The notes under the pieces are model-generated. The model saw only the letters and a list, made by a program, of their open reading frames with translations. It was not told the DNA's origin and searched no databases. A stretch of DNA of 64,000 bases from a virus. Each line of letters begins with the position of its first letter. The stretch's first letter is position 1. Location of the stretch: positions 32,001 through 96,000 of the IMG/VR virus record IMGVR_UViG_3300035670_000044. The stretch is one strand, 5' to 3'. Positions 56,102 to 64,000 of this stretch are shown in pieces. A program made the position numbers and the translations under genes.

Positions 56102-58002
56102 CTCACGACCTCTGGTTCAAAAAATACATCGTCGGCGACTAGTAAGTCAGCTACCGAATACGCATACTGTACTCTATTTATTGAGGTACTGGGGGCATAA
56201 TTGTCCATTACCGATACAACGGAGTCCCAGCTACGACCGTTCCGGTTATAGTAAAATGGCATACGTACTACCGTAGTATTTGCAGATAGCTCATCTTGGC
56301 AGGTACCGATACCCGCTATAAGCTGGTTGGGGTAATTAGATACCTCCGCGTCTGTGTCGGTGCCAGCCCTTAGCACATCAACAATGTAAGGAACGTTAAT
56401 AGGAGCATTGAGCTCGCGATCCCGGAGTCCACTCCGAACAACAAATGTTCCCGTACTCGGGTCATACCGGAGTTCTTCCGGGGTGTGAGCCTTTATGCCC
56501 AAAGCCCAGAGCATAAACAGCAATGTCAATGTGCTACCACGGGAAGGCAAAATACCCTGCCAACGGGATACATCAACTACCAAGTTATTAAAAGTCCCGA
56601 CGGTGGTGAGATCGGTGGTTGTGTTGTACACCCGTCCGCTATACCTATACGCAGTGGTGACAACCCCTGTACCCGAATTCACTTGAACCCGCTCGATCCG
56701 ACCCATATCAATACGGCGCAGCGTATCTAGTGAGGGGGTTTGAGTCCACATTGATCCAGACACCCTGTTCACATGGGCGTTGCTTAACAACAAGCGCTTA
56801 GTGGAATTCGACCACTCAAGGTTCCACAAACCACCAACAAAGCCGAGGTGTTGGGCAAGCCAGTCAAGATTAGGAGGATAACAGGTGTCGGGATTTAGGT
56901 AGGTTCGGTAAAAATTATCCACGATGTGTTTGGTACCAGACAACATATCGTCGGCTCCAGATGTCAGCCACTTCGCCGGAGTATCAGGTTCGTCCGGATT
57001 GTTGTAGGTACCCTCGACACCGGGTAACCTCCCATACACCGGCCTCCCGATCCGGTCATCAACCGAAACCCTCGACCCCTGTATACCTGACATCATCACC
57101 TCGACCCCTGACCCATAGAGCTCGGTTAGAGCCCCATAGGCCTCTATGGCAAACTCTCTGTTTGTTAGATTTACATTCCAGATTGAATAGATAGAGTCCG
57201 ATACAAACTCGTACCAGGCCGGATCCAGGAGAGACTGTAAGGTGTCTAGTAACCGGTCACGTACCGCCGTCTCAACTCTTACTGTAGCCTGGTCAGTCCC
57301 CAGCAACGCCCGAGTAAAGTTGTCAGCCGAATCAGTTAACGAACGGACCGTGACAGAGTCAGAGTATCGGGTTTTAATTACCCTTCGGGTAAATGTCTCC
57401 TCTAAGTACGTATTAGGGGGTAGATATATGGTTGCCGGGATGCTTGCTACCCTGGGGACATTTACCGTCCCTGCTCCAGCCGGCAAGCTAAACTTCCCCC
57501 GGGTGATGCTACGTAGCGTGATCTTGTCGGTACCAAATACAAAATAGTACAGCCCCGGAACCGTGAGGGAATCATATCTCCAACGGTCCCCAGACACACG
57601 GCTTAGGGTTCCTACGCCACATTTGCCCCTCTCACACTCTGTATCGCTACCAGTCCCTTGGCATTCCGACCCAGCCATAGCACAATTTTCTAGACCGTTG
57701 CTGGTGGGAATCCCATGCCCCACCACCACCAACTCTTCTCCGAGCAGAACCGGAGTAATATGAACATGGGCTACCGATTTGTAGGCAATATCCCCATAAA
57801 GACCCTCTATCTGTTCGTTGCGCCCCGATGACAACTGGGAATCCAATCCGGACCTAAAGTCAACACGTCCCAAGGTATGGGAAAATATCTTACTTGACCT
57901 ACGATTTTCAAACTCGTAGATTACACGTCCGGACCCCTTGGTAAACGCCGGGGATAAAGTTTTCTTAGCCTCTTTCCGGTCCCAAGTGCTATTAGACAAC
58001 AC
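56098..58002 (-). CDS. Baseplate wedge protein (P2 gpI-like)
   Basis: YLNPDTCYPPNLDWLAQHLG..WNLEWSNSTKRLLL; follows baseplate J. Confidence 0.75.
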   Translation of the reverse strand: MLSNSTWDRKEAKKTLSPAFTKGSGRVIYEFENRRSSKIFSHTLGRVDFRSGLDSQLSSGRNEQIEGLYGDIAYKSVAHVHITPVLLGEELVVVGHGIPTSNGLENCAMAGSECQGTGSDTECERGKCGVGTLSRVSGDRWRYDSLTVPGLYYFVFGTDKITLRSITRGKFSLPAGAGTVNVPRVASIPATIYLPPNTYLEETFTRRVIKTRYSDSVTVRSLTDSADNFTRALLGTDQATVRVETAVRDRLLDTLQSLLDPAWYEFVSDSIYSIWNVNLTNREFAIEAYGALTELYGSGVEVMMSGIQGSRVSVDDRIGRPVYGRLPGVEGTYNNPDEPDTPAKWLTSGADDMLSGTKHIVDNFYRTYLNPDTCYPPNLDWLAQHLGFVGGLWNLEWSNSTKRLLLSNAHVNRVSGSMWTQTPSLDTLRRIDMGRIERVQVNSGTGVVTTAYRYSGRVYNTTTDLTTVGTFNNLVVDVSRWQGILPSRGSTLTLLFMLWALGIKAHTPEELRYDPSTGTFVVRSGLRDRELNAPINVPYIVDVLRAGTDTDAEVSNYPNQLIAGIGTCQDELSANTTVVRMPFYYNRNGRSWDSVVSVMDNYAPSTSINRVQYAYSVADLLVADDVFFEPEVVS

Positions 58003-59284
58003 GGTACAGTTCCTCGTAAGTATAGGTCAATGTGCTAAAATCCACTACAGATACAAGTGAAACTACGGCCCGGTAAATCCTAAATCCGGACGTAGAGTCT
58101 GGAACCGTTAATGGAGTAGACGAGAGTTTATCGATAACCTGCTCATACTCATACGAGCACGTGCCAGCTACCTCGTCTTCAACACCCAAGAACCTTCCGC
58201 AATATCCGTCAGTAGACCCGGTGATAGTGGGATCTAGAGACATCTGTTTAATGTCCAGAACGGGAATATCAACCACAAAGTCCAGAGCAAGAAGTTCTCT
58301 TAAAACAGTAGCCCCGGAAAGATTATTCCCCAACCCAATCGTCGAAGGATAAATTATATCTGACAAGAGGGTTTTTACCTGATTAGCCAGTGTATCCGTA
58401 AACGTAGTTGTGACTCTGGGGTCCCACTGGATAGTTGCAACCACTTCAACCGGGAGAACGGTAGGGGATGACAAATACACCTTAACGTCGAGGGGTACTC
58501 GATCCCTCAAAGACGTCAGCAGAAGAGACTGAGTCGGCACGCTAAGCTTACTGCCGTCATCACCACCTGCCACAACATACACCCCTCTAGACTCAGTACC
58601 GAATCTGTCCTCGTACGACATGACTTTTACCAGTGTCGCCTCTGGTGCAATAGCGGAAACTTCGCCCTCAAAATCAGAACGCGATGTTAAATTTCTTCTA
58701 CCGAACAGCTCAAATGCCCTGAGCTTCATCTCATCCACGGTCTCAAGGTCGGTCCCCCCAGCAGCCGGGGAGTTATTCGTCACCAGATCTAGCCCGAGGA
58801 AATTGCGCTCGATCCGTCCTATACTCCCAGCCGGAACATTGTATACGGTTCCCCATCTCTCCGACTGAGCTGTGACAGTGGCACTGGACTCTGTCATCCT
58901 TACCTGATCCAGGAGTACGAACACTTGTCCGGAGTTGGCATACACCTTTGTCCCAGAGGGGATTGTTATGGGGCGGGTGTACCCGGGTACCCTGAAAAAA
59001 GTCACATCGACGAGGGCTCGGGAACCAATCCGACGTTGAACCCCCAAACTACGCAACCACTGGATCGTTACCGCCTCTGGCAGGGAGTTCAGGTAGTAAA
59101 GTAGCTCGGCTTGGGCAAATCCCTGACCCTCGCTAATAGCAGCAAGGGGGGATGCAGGTGTAAAATCAGTCAACTGACCACCAGACTCAATGTGGATCCG
59201 GGATTGAATAGCCCGAACGACCTCATTGACGTTTCTGCTGTCAAGCTGTAGAGGGAGTAAAGGTCCGAATATCTCAGTTGCCAT
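57992..59284 (-). CDS. Baseplate J-like protein
   Basis: TDFTPASP, ITIPSGT.V, GTVYNVPAGSI, VTNNSPAAGGTDLETVDEMKLR, TSRSDFE. Confidence 0.9.
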   Translation of the reverse strand: MATEIFGPLLPLQLDSRNVNEVVRAIQSRIHIESGGQLTDFTPASPLAAISEGQGFAQAELLYYLNSLPEAVTIQWLRSLGVQRRIGSRALVDVTFFRVPGYTRPITIPSGTKVYANSGQVFVLLDQVRMTESSATVTAQSERWGTVYNVPAGSIGRIERNFLGLDLVTNNSPAAGGTDLETVDEMKLRAFELFGRRNLTSRSDFEGEVSAIAPEATLVKVMSYEDRFGTESRGVYVVAGGDDGSKLSVPTQSLLLTSLRDRVPLDVKVYLSSPTVLPVEVVATIQWDPRVTTTFTDTLANQVKTLLSDIIYPSTIGLGNNLSGATVLRELLALDFVVDIPVLDIKQMSLDPTITGSTDGYCGRFLGVEDEVAGTCSYEYEQVIDKLSSTPLTVPDSTSGFRIYRAVVSLVSVVDFSTLTYTYEELYRVV

Positions 59285-59296
59285 GGTAATTAGTTA

Positions 59297-60316
59297 TCAG
59301 TCGAAGGTTGAGGTGCGGGGACGTTGCGAATATGGCAGACCGGTATCGGAGTTTTCGGAGGAATAATCCGGCGCCAGAGCGATGTCGATAAAGTCACCGT
59401 TGGAGTCAGTGGCTGGGTCGTAAACGGTATAACCATTCATCCCGACAACTATTTCGGACAAGTCGACACTGTACATAATCTGGTCGGCCGGACTCATAGA
59501 GCCAATGCCGCTCAGATCTTTCAAAGTGCCGATTGTCCCCAGACCAGCGATAGCCCTATTCGTCCCCCGGATGTCTGAAATGTCCGCTAGAGACATTAGC
59601 GTGGCAAGTCCTGGGCGGAGCAAGTCATCTAAGGGCTGAAGGGTCGCATATCCCTGATACCCCTCGGTTAACGACTTGACAATGTTATCCGGGAGATTAG
59701 TTCCGTCTACTCCCATTCCAGGATATGCAATCCCGTTAAAATAATCTCTAGGAGTCAGGTACCCAGTGGGGAACCCAATACCGCTCGAGTCGCTATCCAA
59801 ACTGGTACTATCGTCCAGTTGGATTCTAGTTCCGGCTGGTAGCTTATCCAACTTGTTGTGTGTGACGTTGGAAGCTAATCGGCTATACAGATCCAGATCT
59901 GCTACCGATTTAACAAGGTCGTCTTTTACCCTCTGGATATTCAAAATAACCCCCAATCCCCCAGTAACGTACTCTAGCGCATCAGTTAGAGAGGATTCGT
60001 ACGTTGAGAATTCGTTGTAAGCCTGCAAAACATCGTGGTAGAGTTTTTCAGACCAAAAAGACAAAGTCTGACCTTGACTGTCGATAAATCTAGTAAAATC
60101 TTGCCCCCTGTCGTATTCAGACGTTAACGCGTTGGTAAAACTAGACAAATCAAGACGACCCCCAATTACATCACCTGGGGGTGTCGGTCCGAGAAAACCC
60201 GTAACCGATTTGCGCCGCACCTGGTTGGCCACCTCCGGATAGCGATCTGGAGAGCCGTAAGCTACCGCTGCCAGCCCGGATATTGTCGACCAGGGGTCGG
60301 TCAGATACGTTGCCAC
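59297..60316 (-). CDS. Putative baseplate protein (LysM/gpX-like N-terminus)
   Basis: STISGLAAVAYGSPDRYPEVAN; first gene of the baseplate operon. Confidence 0.55.
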   Translation of the reverse strand: MATYLTDPWSTISGLAAVAYGSPDRYPEVANQVRRKSVTGFLGPTPPGDVIGGRLDLSSFTNALTSEYDRGQDFTRFIDSQGQTLSFWSEKLYHDVLQAYNEFSTYESSLTDALEYVTGGLGVILNIQRVKDDLVKSVADLDLYSRLASNVTHNKLDKLPAGTRIQLDDSTSLDSDSSGIGFPTGYLTPRDYFNGIAYPGMGVDGTNLPDNIVKSLTEGYQGYATLQPLDDLLRPGLATLMSLADISDIRGTNRAIAGLGTIGTLKDLSGIGSMSPADQIMYSVDLSEIVVGMNGYTVYDPATDSNGDFIDIALAPDYSSENSDTGLPYSQRPRTSTFD

Positions 60317-60340
60317 GGCAGATGTTCAGTCTTCTAAAGG

Positions 60341-60359
60341 GCTTTCAACGGTTGAAAGC
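60341..60359. promoter_or_regulatory. Back-to-back motif pair GCTTTCAAC-G-GTTGAAAGC, each with N4-TAGA
   Basis: 33 nt before GTG 60316 (-) and 30 nt before GTG 60381 (+). Confidence 0.8.
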
Positions 60360-60380
60360 AGGGTAGAAGCTATTAATTCT

Positions 60381-60857
60381 GTGGAAGCAACTGTACAAAC
60401 ACTTACAACCTCACTGCCCGGCGAAGAGCCGTTTATCGGAGATGGGGCCGAAGGGGAGCTGATTACCAACACGGCCGATGGCAGGTTGTGGGCGGCGGAT
60501 GTTGCCGGAAACCCCATTGAGCTGGGGGGTGCATGCGTCAATCGACCGATTAACGGAAATCTGTTCGCCGGAAACTACCTTGACCTCGACGTCACCAATC
60601 CGGATAATTTGCCGGTTCCGGTGCCCAACCCCAACAATGTTCCGTCAGGATTTTACCGTGAACTACGTATCCTGTTGAGGTTTGTTGGTACTCCATTGGA
60701 GACCTTCGCTACTTACTTTGATTACGATGTTGATTGGGGGGAAGGAGTAAATCCAGACACCTACGCCGAGACCGGTTCCCTCGTACTAATCGAGCTGTGC
60801 TCATTCGGGCCAAGTCCAGCGTGGCTGGGACGTGTCGTTTGGCACCGTCTCCCCTAG
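60381..60857 (+). CDS. Putative virion protein
   Basis: EGELITNTADGRLW fibre-type N-terminal motif. Confidence 0.65.
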   Translation: MEATVQTLTTSLPGEEPFIGDGAEGELITNTADGRLWAADVAGNPIELGGACVNRPINGNLFAGNYLDLDVTNPDNLPVPVPNPNNVPSGFYRELRILLRFVGTPLETFATYFDYDVDWGEGVNPDTYAETGSLVLIELCSFGPSPAWLGRVVWHRLP

Positions 60858-60877
60858 CCTACACCCACTCGTTAGTT

Positions 60878-60886
60878 GTTGAAAGC
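60878..60886 (+). promoter_or_regulatory. GTTGAAAGC-N4-TAGA putative late promoter
   Basis: 43 nt before GTG 60921. Confidence 0.75.
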
Positions 60887-60920
60887 CCTATAGAAGAGCC
60901 AGCCAATCCCGTCATTACCT

Positions 60921-63900
60921 GTGGATCGTATTGTATTTCAAAACGGCAGAGCCGTGTCCAGCCAGTACCTTAATTCTGTCCAGGAAGGTGCAAAGTTTAC
61001 TGGGGACACCAGGACTAACTACTACGCTGATCCAACGACGGGAGACGAAGCGGGTTGGGAGATCGGTCAGCGAGACGGAATCAAGGACTGGGAGATCGCT
61101 GACCCCCGTGTTGATAGAGAGTCCTCTTTGGGGCGTAGCGCACATGACGGTATTGTGCTGGGTTGGAATGGTACAAGCGTGGTGGTGCCGGGTGTACCTG
61201 CCACCCGTCCCTCTGGCTCCAGCGGGGTCGGAGTCACGGTTGAGGCCGGCACGTTCATCAGCCGTAACGGTAACCAGGTATCTTGGTCGCGCCAGCTTGT
61301 TCAAATTCTAGGCGGAGGCAATTCCGTCTCGTACTTGTACGTTCTTGACGACGGCAGCAATCCGGTTACAGTTTCAATGGGTAATTCATTGCCCAGTGTG
61401 ACAGCCGCTCACGTTCCCCTCGCCCGAATCCAGCTTAATTCGACAGGGAACGGCCTGGCCACACATCCTACCACCGGAGAAGTAGTCGGCACTGGGTATA
61501 TCGACCTCCGCCCCAACACATTTGTTGGTAACCTCAACTCCTACCCACAAAACCTCACCAACACTGCCATTAAGTCAGCGGACTACACCGCTAACGTTTG
61601 GGATCGGGTCATTGCTGACACCAGCAACGGTAGCACCATTATCACCCTGCCCGAGTCACCCTCTGATTCAGATCGCGTAGCCGTTGTAGACATTAGCGGG
61701 ACGTTTGATAGATTCCCACTGATCATTCGTCAAAACCCGATCAGCAGTGAGTTCCTTAATAACTCTTCGGACGACTGGATCATCAATATTCGAGACGCAC
61801 ACCTGGAATTATTCTTTCACGACGCGACTAACCAGTGGAAATTTGAAGAAGCTCCTGGGTCTGAATGCAATCCGGTCCTGGGGACATTCCTCTCCTGCGG
61901 CGGTCGTGAATTTATCGGAGATCGTGTAGCTACAGAGTGTCCTGATGGGGGCGCACTTCCTTCGCGTTATCCTAACCAAAGTCCGGGTACTTACGAGTTC
62001 GAACCATCCCCCTCAGATCCGGCTCTCGGTAAGTGCTATAGGTCCTACAACAACCTGGTTGCGCTGTTTGCGAACGGAACCGGCGGGCTGATCAGTGTAA
62101 CCAACGCCCCCCGCTGCGACCGGAATGGTGCAGCTCTATCTACTTCAACTACCCGAAATACCATCTACATCGACCCGAGCATTGGTGACGACTCGATCGG
62201 AAACTCTGGTACTGACCAAAACCGTCCTTTCAGAACCCCAGAGCGAGCAATTATTGAGGCGGTGAGGGAATCGCGCCGATCCGGGCAATCCAATGACCGT
62301 TACGACCGGGTAATGCTCGAACTCGCCCCTGGGGACTACTACATCGATAACAGCCCTGGATCCTTGGCAACTTTGTCAATCACCGAGGACACCGGACTGA
62401 TTCAGAGGACTAATACGACATACAGGGTCGGAAGTGTTCTGGTCGGAGATCGGGTTACCCATCTTACCGTAGATGTGGGAGACCCGGTGTCCACTCAGCC
62501 CCCACGCCCCCTAAACCTGGGCCGAGTTCTATACTCTGAGTCGGGCGGCGTAGGAAACATCTCTCGGATCGAAAAACAATCGTCGTCCAGCTCGAACTGG
62601 ATCGTTACTCTTGAATACGTTAACGGTTCTTTTAACGTAAACGACGAGCTTTATTACGACAACCTCGCTGTTGTCAACCCCCAAACCGGTGGACTTATCG
62701 TACCCCGTGGCATCTCCATTGACGGTACCGACCTCCGAAAGGTCAGGCTCCGCCCCATGTACGTGCCTGAGCTGACCCCCGTTCAGAATGATCCTCAGGT
62801 CAACCGGACCGCCATCTTGAAAGTGACTGGGGGCACATATGTGTCTCTGCTCACCTTCACTGACAACCCCCAGTACGCCCGCAGCCACAACACCGTGACT
62901 TCGGTGGCATTTGCGTCACAAGCCGAAATCAATGGTGGTGGAACCGAAACCCCGTACTACAGCCGTCTCAACAATTTGTTCCAGGAAATCGATAACTGGG
63001 GGGCTGAAGGCCTCGAGGCCATCCCGGCCGAGACTACCATTGTAGCTCCGATTGCCAGCAGCAAAGCCAACAGAGCCCAGGATCTCGAAGAGAACCAGAC
63101 CGGGCTGTTGGTGACTGGTGGTGACAGTCGTTCTAACGCACCTGTCTCTTACCCCGGAGCAACCCGTATCCGTGACACGGACGGTTCGATTGTCCCGCTG
63201 CCGGATATCAACAGCACGAGATCGTCCTCTCCGTACGTGTTCAACTGTTCCGTCCGGTCGATTTTCGGACTGAATGGTTTGTGGGCTGATGGCTCTCGTG
63301 TGGCCGGCTTCAAGTCGATGGTTACAGCGAACTTCACCCAAGTCTCCCTGCAGACAGACCCGAACTGCTTCGCCCCTACCACATATTTCCAGGATCCTCC
63401 TACCGACAAAGAGTCCGGAACCGGAAAACAGTATAAAACCTGCAGCACCGACTTGTTCAAGTACCGCCACTTCGGTATGCGTGGTAGCAATGATGCCACC
63501 ATCCAGATTGTGTCGGTATTTGTTATTGGCAACTCCGATCACTTCGTTTCAGAATCCGGAGCAGACCTTTCAATCACCAACTCCTGCTCGGATTTTGGCG
63601 ACATCTCATTGCGGGGTATCGGGTACAAAGATAAGTCGTTTAGTCAGGACGAGGCTACAACGGCACCGGGGTATAGCGGCACCCGCATCACCCAAATCAT
63701 TCCGCCACTCCCTCTCTCTTACTCCCCCCTCTCCGACGGTCGTCCTGCCACCTTAGAAGACACCGAGATTAATACTGGATTGACGATAGACTACAACAAG
63801 ACTCTGGCTTACACCTATAAGAACCGTACTCCTGGTGGTGACTCTCCGAGCACCATGCGGATATATGTTCAAAACTCCAACACCGCGTCGGTACTATCGC

Positions 63901-64000
63901 TAGTTAATCCCCCATCCGCCTCCGACATCGCGTTCGGGCAGTTCTCTTACACCAACAAGGTAAGTGAAGGGGTGTGGGAGCTGGCCGGAGGACCCAGCCG
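60921..64000 (+). CDS. Very large virion/tail fibre protein of cyanomyovirus type (3' end runs off the window)
   Basis: Not in the ORF track; segments hand-translated from GTG 60921: MDRIVFQNG..., RPFRTPERAIIEA, GGLIVPRGISIDGTDLRKVRLRPMYVP, SSSPYVFNCSVRSIFGLNGLWADG..GFKSMVTANFT. Confidence 0.8.
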   Translation, partial: MDRIVFQNGRAVSSQYLNSVQEGAKFTGDTRTNYYADPTTGDEAGWEIGQRDGIKDWEIADPRVDRESSLGRSAHDGIVLGWNGTSVVVPGVPATRPSGSSGVGVTVEAGTFISRNGNQVSWSRQLVQILGGGNSVSYLYVLDDGSNPVTVSMGNSLPSVTAAHVPLARIQLNSTGNGLATHPTTGEVVGTGYIDLRPNTFVGNLNSYPQNLTNTAIKSADYTANVWDRVIADTSNGSTIITLPESPSDSDRVAVVDISGTFDRFPLIIRQNPISSEFLNNSSDDWIINIRDAHLELFFHDATNQWKFEEAPGSECNPVLGTFLSCGGREFIGDRVATECPDGGALPSRYPNQSPGTYEFEPSPSDPALGKCYRSYNNLVALFANGTGGLISVTNAPRCDRNGAALSTSTTRNTIYIDPSIGDDSIGNSGTDQNRPFRTPERAIIEAVRESRRSGQSNDRYDRVMLELAPGDYYIDNSPGSLATLSITEDTGLIQRTNTTYRVGSVLVGDRVTHLTVDVGDPVSTQPPRPLNLGRVLYSESGGVGNISRIEKQSSSSSNWIVTLEYVNGSFNVNDELYYDNLAVVNPQTGGLIVPRGISIDGTDLRKVRLRPMYVPELTPVQNDPQVNRTAILKVTGGTYVSLLTFTDNPQYARSHNTVTSVAFASQAEINGGGTETPYYSRLNNLFQEIDNWGAEGLEAIPAETTIVAPIASSKANRAQDLEENQTGLLVTGGDSRSNAPVSYPGATRIRDTDGSIVPLPDINSTRSSSPYVFNCSVRSIFGLNGLWADGSRVAGFKSMVTANFTQVSLQTDPNCFAPTTYFQDPPTDKESGTGKQYKTCSTDLFKYRHFGMRGSNDATIQIVSVFVIGNSDHFVSESGADLSITNSCSDFGDISLRGIGYKDKSFSQDEATTAPGYSGTRITQIIPPLPLSYSPLSDGRPATLEDTEINTGLTIDYNKTLAYTYKNRTPGGDSPSTMRIYVQNSNTASVLSLVNPPSASDIAFGQFSYTNKVSEGVWELAGGPS

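Noticed and set aside
53166-56276. Long plus-strand ORFs such as 54297-55106
   Set aside because: Antisense shadows of the gp5-like gene.
2195-60886. GTTGAAAG as CRISPR repeats or solitary repeat units (it resembles the 3' end of cyanobacterial type V-K repeats)
   Set aside because: Only 9 nt are shared, the copies are dispersed on both strands with no repeat-spacer periodicity, and position tracks start codons. No cas genes are seen.
60915-63756. Short track ORFs in this interval
   Set aside because: Off-frame or antisense shadows of the long plus-strand gene starting at 60921.

Overview
The window is a virion-morphogenesis region of a large contractile-tailed phage (myovirus). The host is most likely a cyanobacterium: there is a SigF-like sigma factor, phoH, and a long virion protein of the type found in cyanomyoviruses. 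Recognisable genes include tail sheath (cut by the left edge, not in the ORF track), tail tube, a Mu gp29-like portal, terminase large subunit, baseplate J/I/gp5-like proteins, a hub-M23-lysozyme fusion, many fibre/spike proteins, PhoH, an NMP kinase, thioredoxin and a sigma factor. Two non-coding signals stand out. (1) GTTGAAAGC, usually followed by N4-TAGR, occurs in 21 exact copies, nearly all about 30-60 nt before structural-gene starts; it is probably a phage late promoter. (2) A tnpA-less IS200/IS605 element with an intact TnpB sits inside one copy of a duplicated tail-sheath promoter. Its predicted 20-nt guide matches the other, functional copy at 18/20, with changes at the TAM and seed. 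This suggests RNA-guided homing/competition or regulation aimed at an essential late promoter. All product calls come from motif recognition by eye; no database searches were run.
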